A stretch of 64,000 nucleotides of DNA from Synechococcus sp. (GTDB taxonomy: Bacteria > Cyanobacteriota > Cyanobacteriia > PCC-6307 > Cyanobiaceae): the NCBI GenBank assembly GCA_047284725.1, contig JBJBEO010000001.1, positions 1,528,203 to 1,592,202 of the forward strand, given 5' to 3'. Position 1 is the first letter of the stretch. The number at the start of each line of letters is the position of its first letter. Positions 62,401 to 64,000 of this stretch are shown one piece after another. The notes beneath the pieces are model-generated. The model was not told the origin of the DNA. It did not search any database and was given only the letters and a program-made list of their open reading frames with translations. A program made the position numbers and the translations under genes.

Positions 62401-64000
62401 AACGCAGACCACCACCATCGATCACCAGCTGGTGTTACCCGATGGCATCGTCCTCATCAGCAGGTTCTGGTTGCCTGCCGGACCAGGCCCTTGGCCGACC
62501 CTGCTGATGCGCCAGCCCTATGGACGTGCCATCGCCTCCACGGTCACGGCTGTTCACCCCCAGTGGTGGGCAAGGCAGGGATTTCTGGTGGTCGTGCAGG
62601 ACGTTCGGGGCCAAGGGGGGTCAGGAGGCGTTTTCAAGGGGTTCTCCCAGGAAGCGAAAGACACCGGAGCCACCCTGGAATGGCTGCGCTCACGGCCGGA
62701 ATGCAACGGCCGCATCGGCCTCTATGGCTTCTCCTACCAGGGTTTTACCCAGCTGGTCGCAGCTCCGGGCACGTCTCCCCCCGACTGCCTGGCACCAGCC
62801 ATGACGGGTTTACACGAACGGGATCACTGGAGCTGTGAAGGTGGTGCGCATTGGTGGCACCTCAGCCTGGGATGGGGATTACAACTGGCGGCGCAGCAGG
62901 CGCGACGGCGTGGAGATTCCTCCGCCTGGGAGGAGATTCGACGTTGCCTCGAAGAGCAGCGGTACTGCCGTGATGGCCTGGCGTTACTGCGCCGCCATGA
63001 TCCCCACAGCATGGTGCTGAATTGGCTGGAACAAGACCCTGAGGAGAGCTCAGCCTGGGTCTGTCATGAGCCCGCAGACGACTGGTTCAGGCAACCGATG
63101 CTTCTGATTGGGGGCTGGTGGGATCCCCATCTGCGCGGAATCCTCGATCTTCATCAACGCAGTCTTGCGGCAGGGGGACAACCTGAGATGCATGTTGGTC
63201 CTGCGACCCACTTGAACTGGTGGCCGGAAGCTCAGCAGCTGCAGCTGACGTTTTTCAGACGCCATCTCTGCAGAGACTCCCCCCCCTCATCCGATCCAAT
63301 CCACACACCAGCGGGATCAGGCGTCATGGTGTGGGATCAACGCCTGGAGACGTGGACCAGCACTGATCCCCATTTCAGCGATGACCAGCGATGGGTGCTG
63401 TCGGGCAGCCCCCTCGCCTGCTTCGATCCCGAGAGTGGCCGACTCTCTCCCTTCAATGGTTGTTCGGGTCCTGAACAGAGCATCGACGAAGTCGTGATCG
63501 TGCATGACCCATGGCGTCCAGCGCCTGCCGTTGGAGGGCATCTCAGTCCATCCCCGGGCCCGTGCGACCGTGCAGCAGTCGATGCTCGCAGTGATGTCGC
63601 CACCTTCACCAGTGACGTTCTGAGCGAAGCCCTTTTGCTGCGGGGGATTCCCTGCCTCACCCTCTCCGCCCACGCCGATCAGCCCGGCTTCGACTTATGC
63701 GTGGCTCTGTCGGTGTGTCGATCAGCTACCAACACCGTGCAGCAGTTGAGCACCGGTGTGCTGCGCATTCTTGGCGATCACGCCCTGGAAAGCATCGGGC
63801 GGCAGGTGCGCCTGCAAGCGCTCGAAGCGCATCTGCAGGCAGGTGATCGACTCCGCCTGTCGATCGCCGCCGCCTGCTGGCCGGCGATCGCGATCAACGC
63901 AGGCGACCCCGACATTCCTCCAGGACCTCCCATCAGCGCTTGCAGGGTGACCACCCTTCACCTGTCGATGCAGCAAGCCGTACTCGGTTTCGAGCCCCTG
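62387..64000 (+). CDS. CocE/NonD-family hydrolase (runs off right edge; absent from ORF track)
   Basis: Manual translation: LPDG..L....W.P.G.GPWPTLLMRQPYG, QDVRGQGGS, GFSYQG, GGWWD. Confidence 0.85.
   Translation, partial: MRSSKTQTTTIDHQLVLPDGIVLISRFWLPAGPGPWPTLLMRQPYGRAIASTVTAVHPQWWARQGFLVVVQDVRGQGGSGGVFKGFSQEAKDTGATLEWLRSRPECNGRIGLYGFSYQGFTQLVAAPGTSPPDCLAPAMTGLHERDHWSCEGGAHWWHLSLGWGLQLAAQQARRRGDSSAWEEIRRCLEEQRYCRDGLALLRRHDPHSMVLNWLEQDPEESSAWVCHEPADDWFRQPMLLIGGWWDPHLRGILDLHQRSLAAGGQPEMHVGPATHLNWWPEAQQLQLTFFRRHLCRDSPPSSDPIHTPAGSGVMVWDQRLETWTSTDPHFSDDQRWVLSGSPLACFDPESGRLSPFNGCSGPEQSIDEVVIVHDPWRPAPAVGGHLSPSPGPCDRAAVDARSDVATFTSDVLSEALLLRGIPCLTLSAHADQPGFDLCVALSVCRSATNTVQQLSTGVLRILGDHALESIGRQVRLQALEAHLQAGDRLRLSIAAACWPAIAINAGDPDIPPGPPISACRVTTLHLSMQQAVLGFEPL

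Overview
This 64 kb window comes from a marine Synechococcus-type (picocyanobacterial) chromosome, GC-rich overall. Positions ~1-28.3 kb are a patchwork of small conserved picocyanobacterial genes with a few lower-GC insertions (an orphan membrane-anchored gene and a standalone EAL gene). Positions ~40-64 kb are core genes (trpS, thrS, glk, thrB, ndhD, prlC, folB, proA, tamB-like, ycf51). The centre (~28.4-39.8 kb) holds a complete type IV chromatic acclimation island of the CA4-A type: mpeZ, fciC (missed by the ORF track), fciB, fciA and unk10, plus a DUF2237 gene. CA4-A is a known system. Its setting here is the unusual part. The island lies between an intact psbA(D1:2)-gap-psbA block on the right and a decayed copy of the same three-gene block on the left. 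The decayed copy contains a ~1.2 kb near-identical direct repeat (offset 8050 bp), and mpeZ ends inside the psbA relic. The intact psbA at the D1:1 position is a D1:1/D1:2 mosaic carrying Glu130, while the relic keeps D1:1-type residues. Candidate cis-regulatory RNAs are a degenerate glutamine-II (Downstream-peptide) riboswitch that has lost its peptide, a ydaO-like c-di-AMP leader before a lysozyme-like gene, and a structured leader before the EAL gene. All family assignments come from motif recognition by eye; no searches were run.
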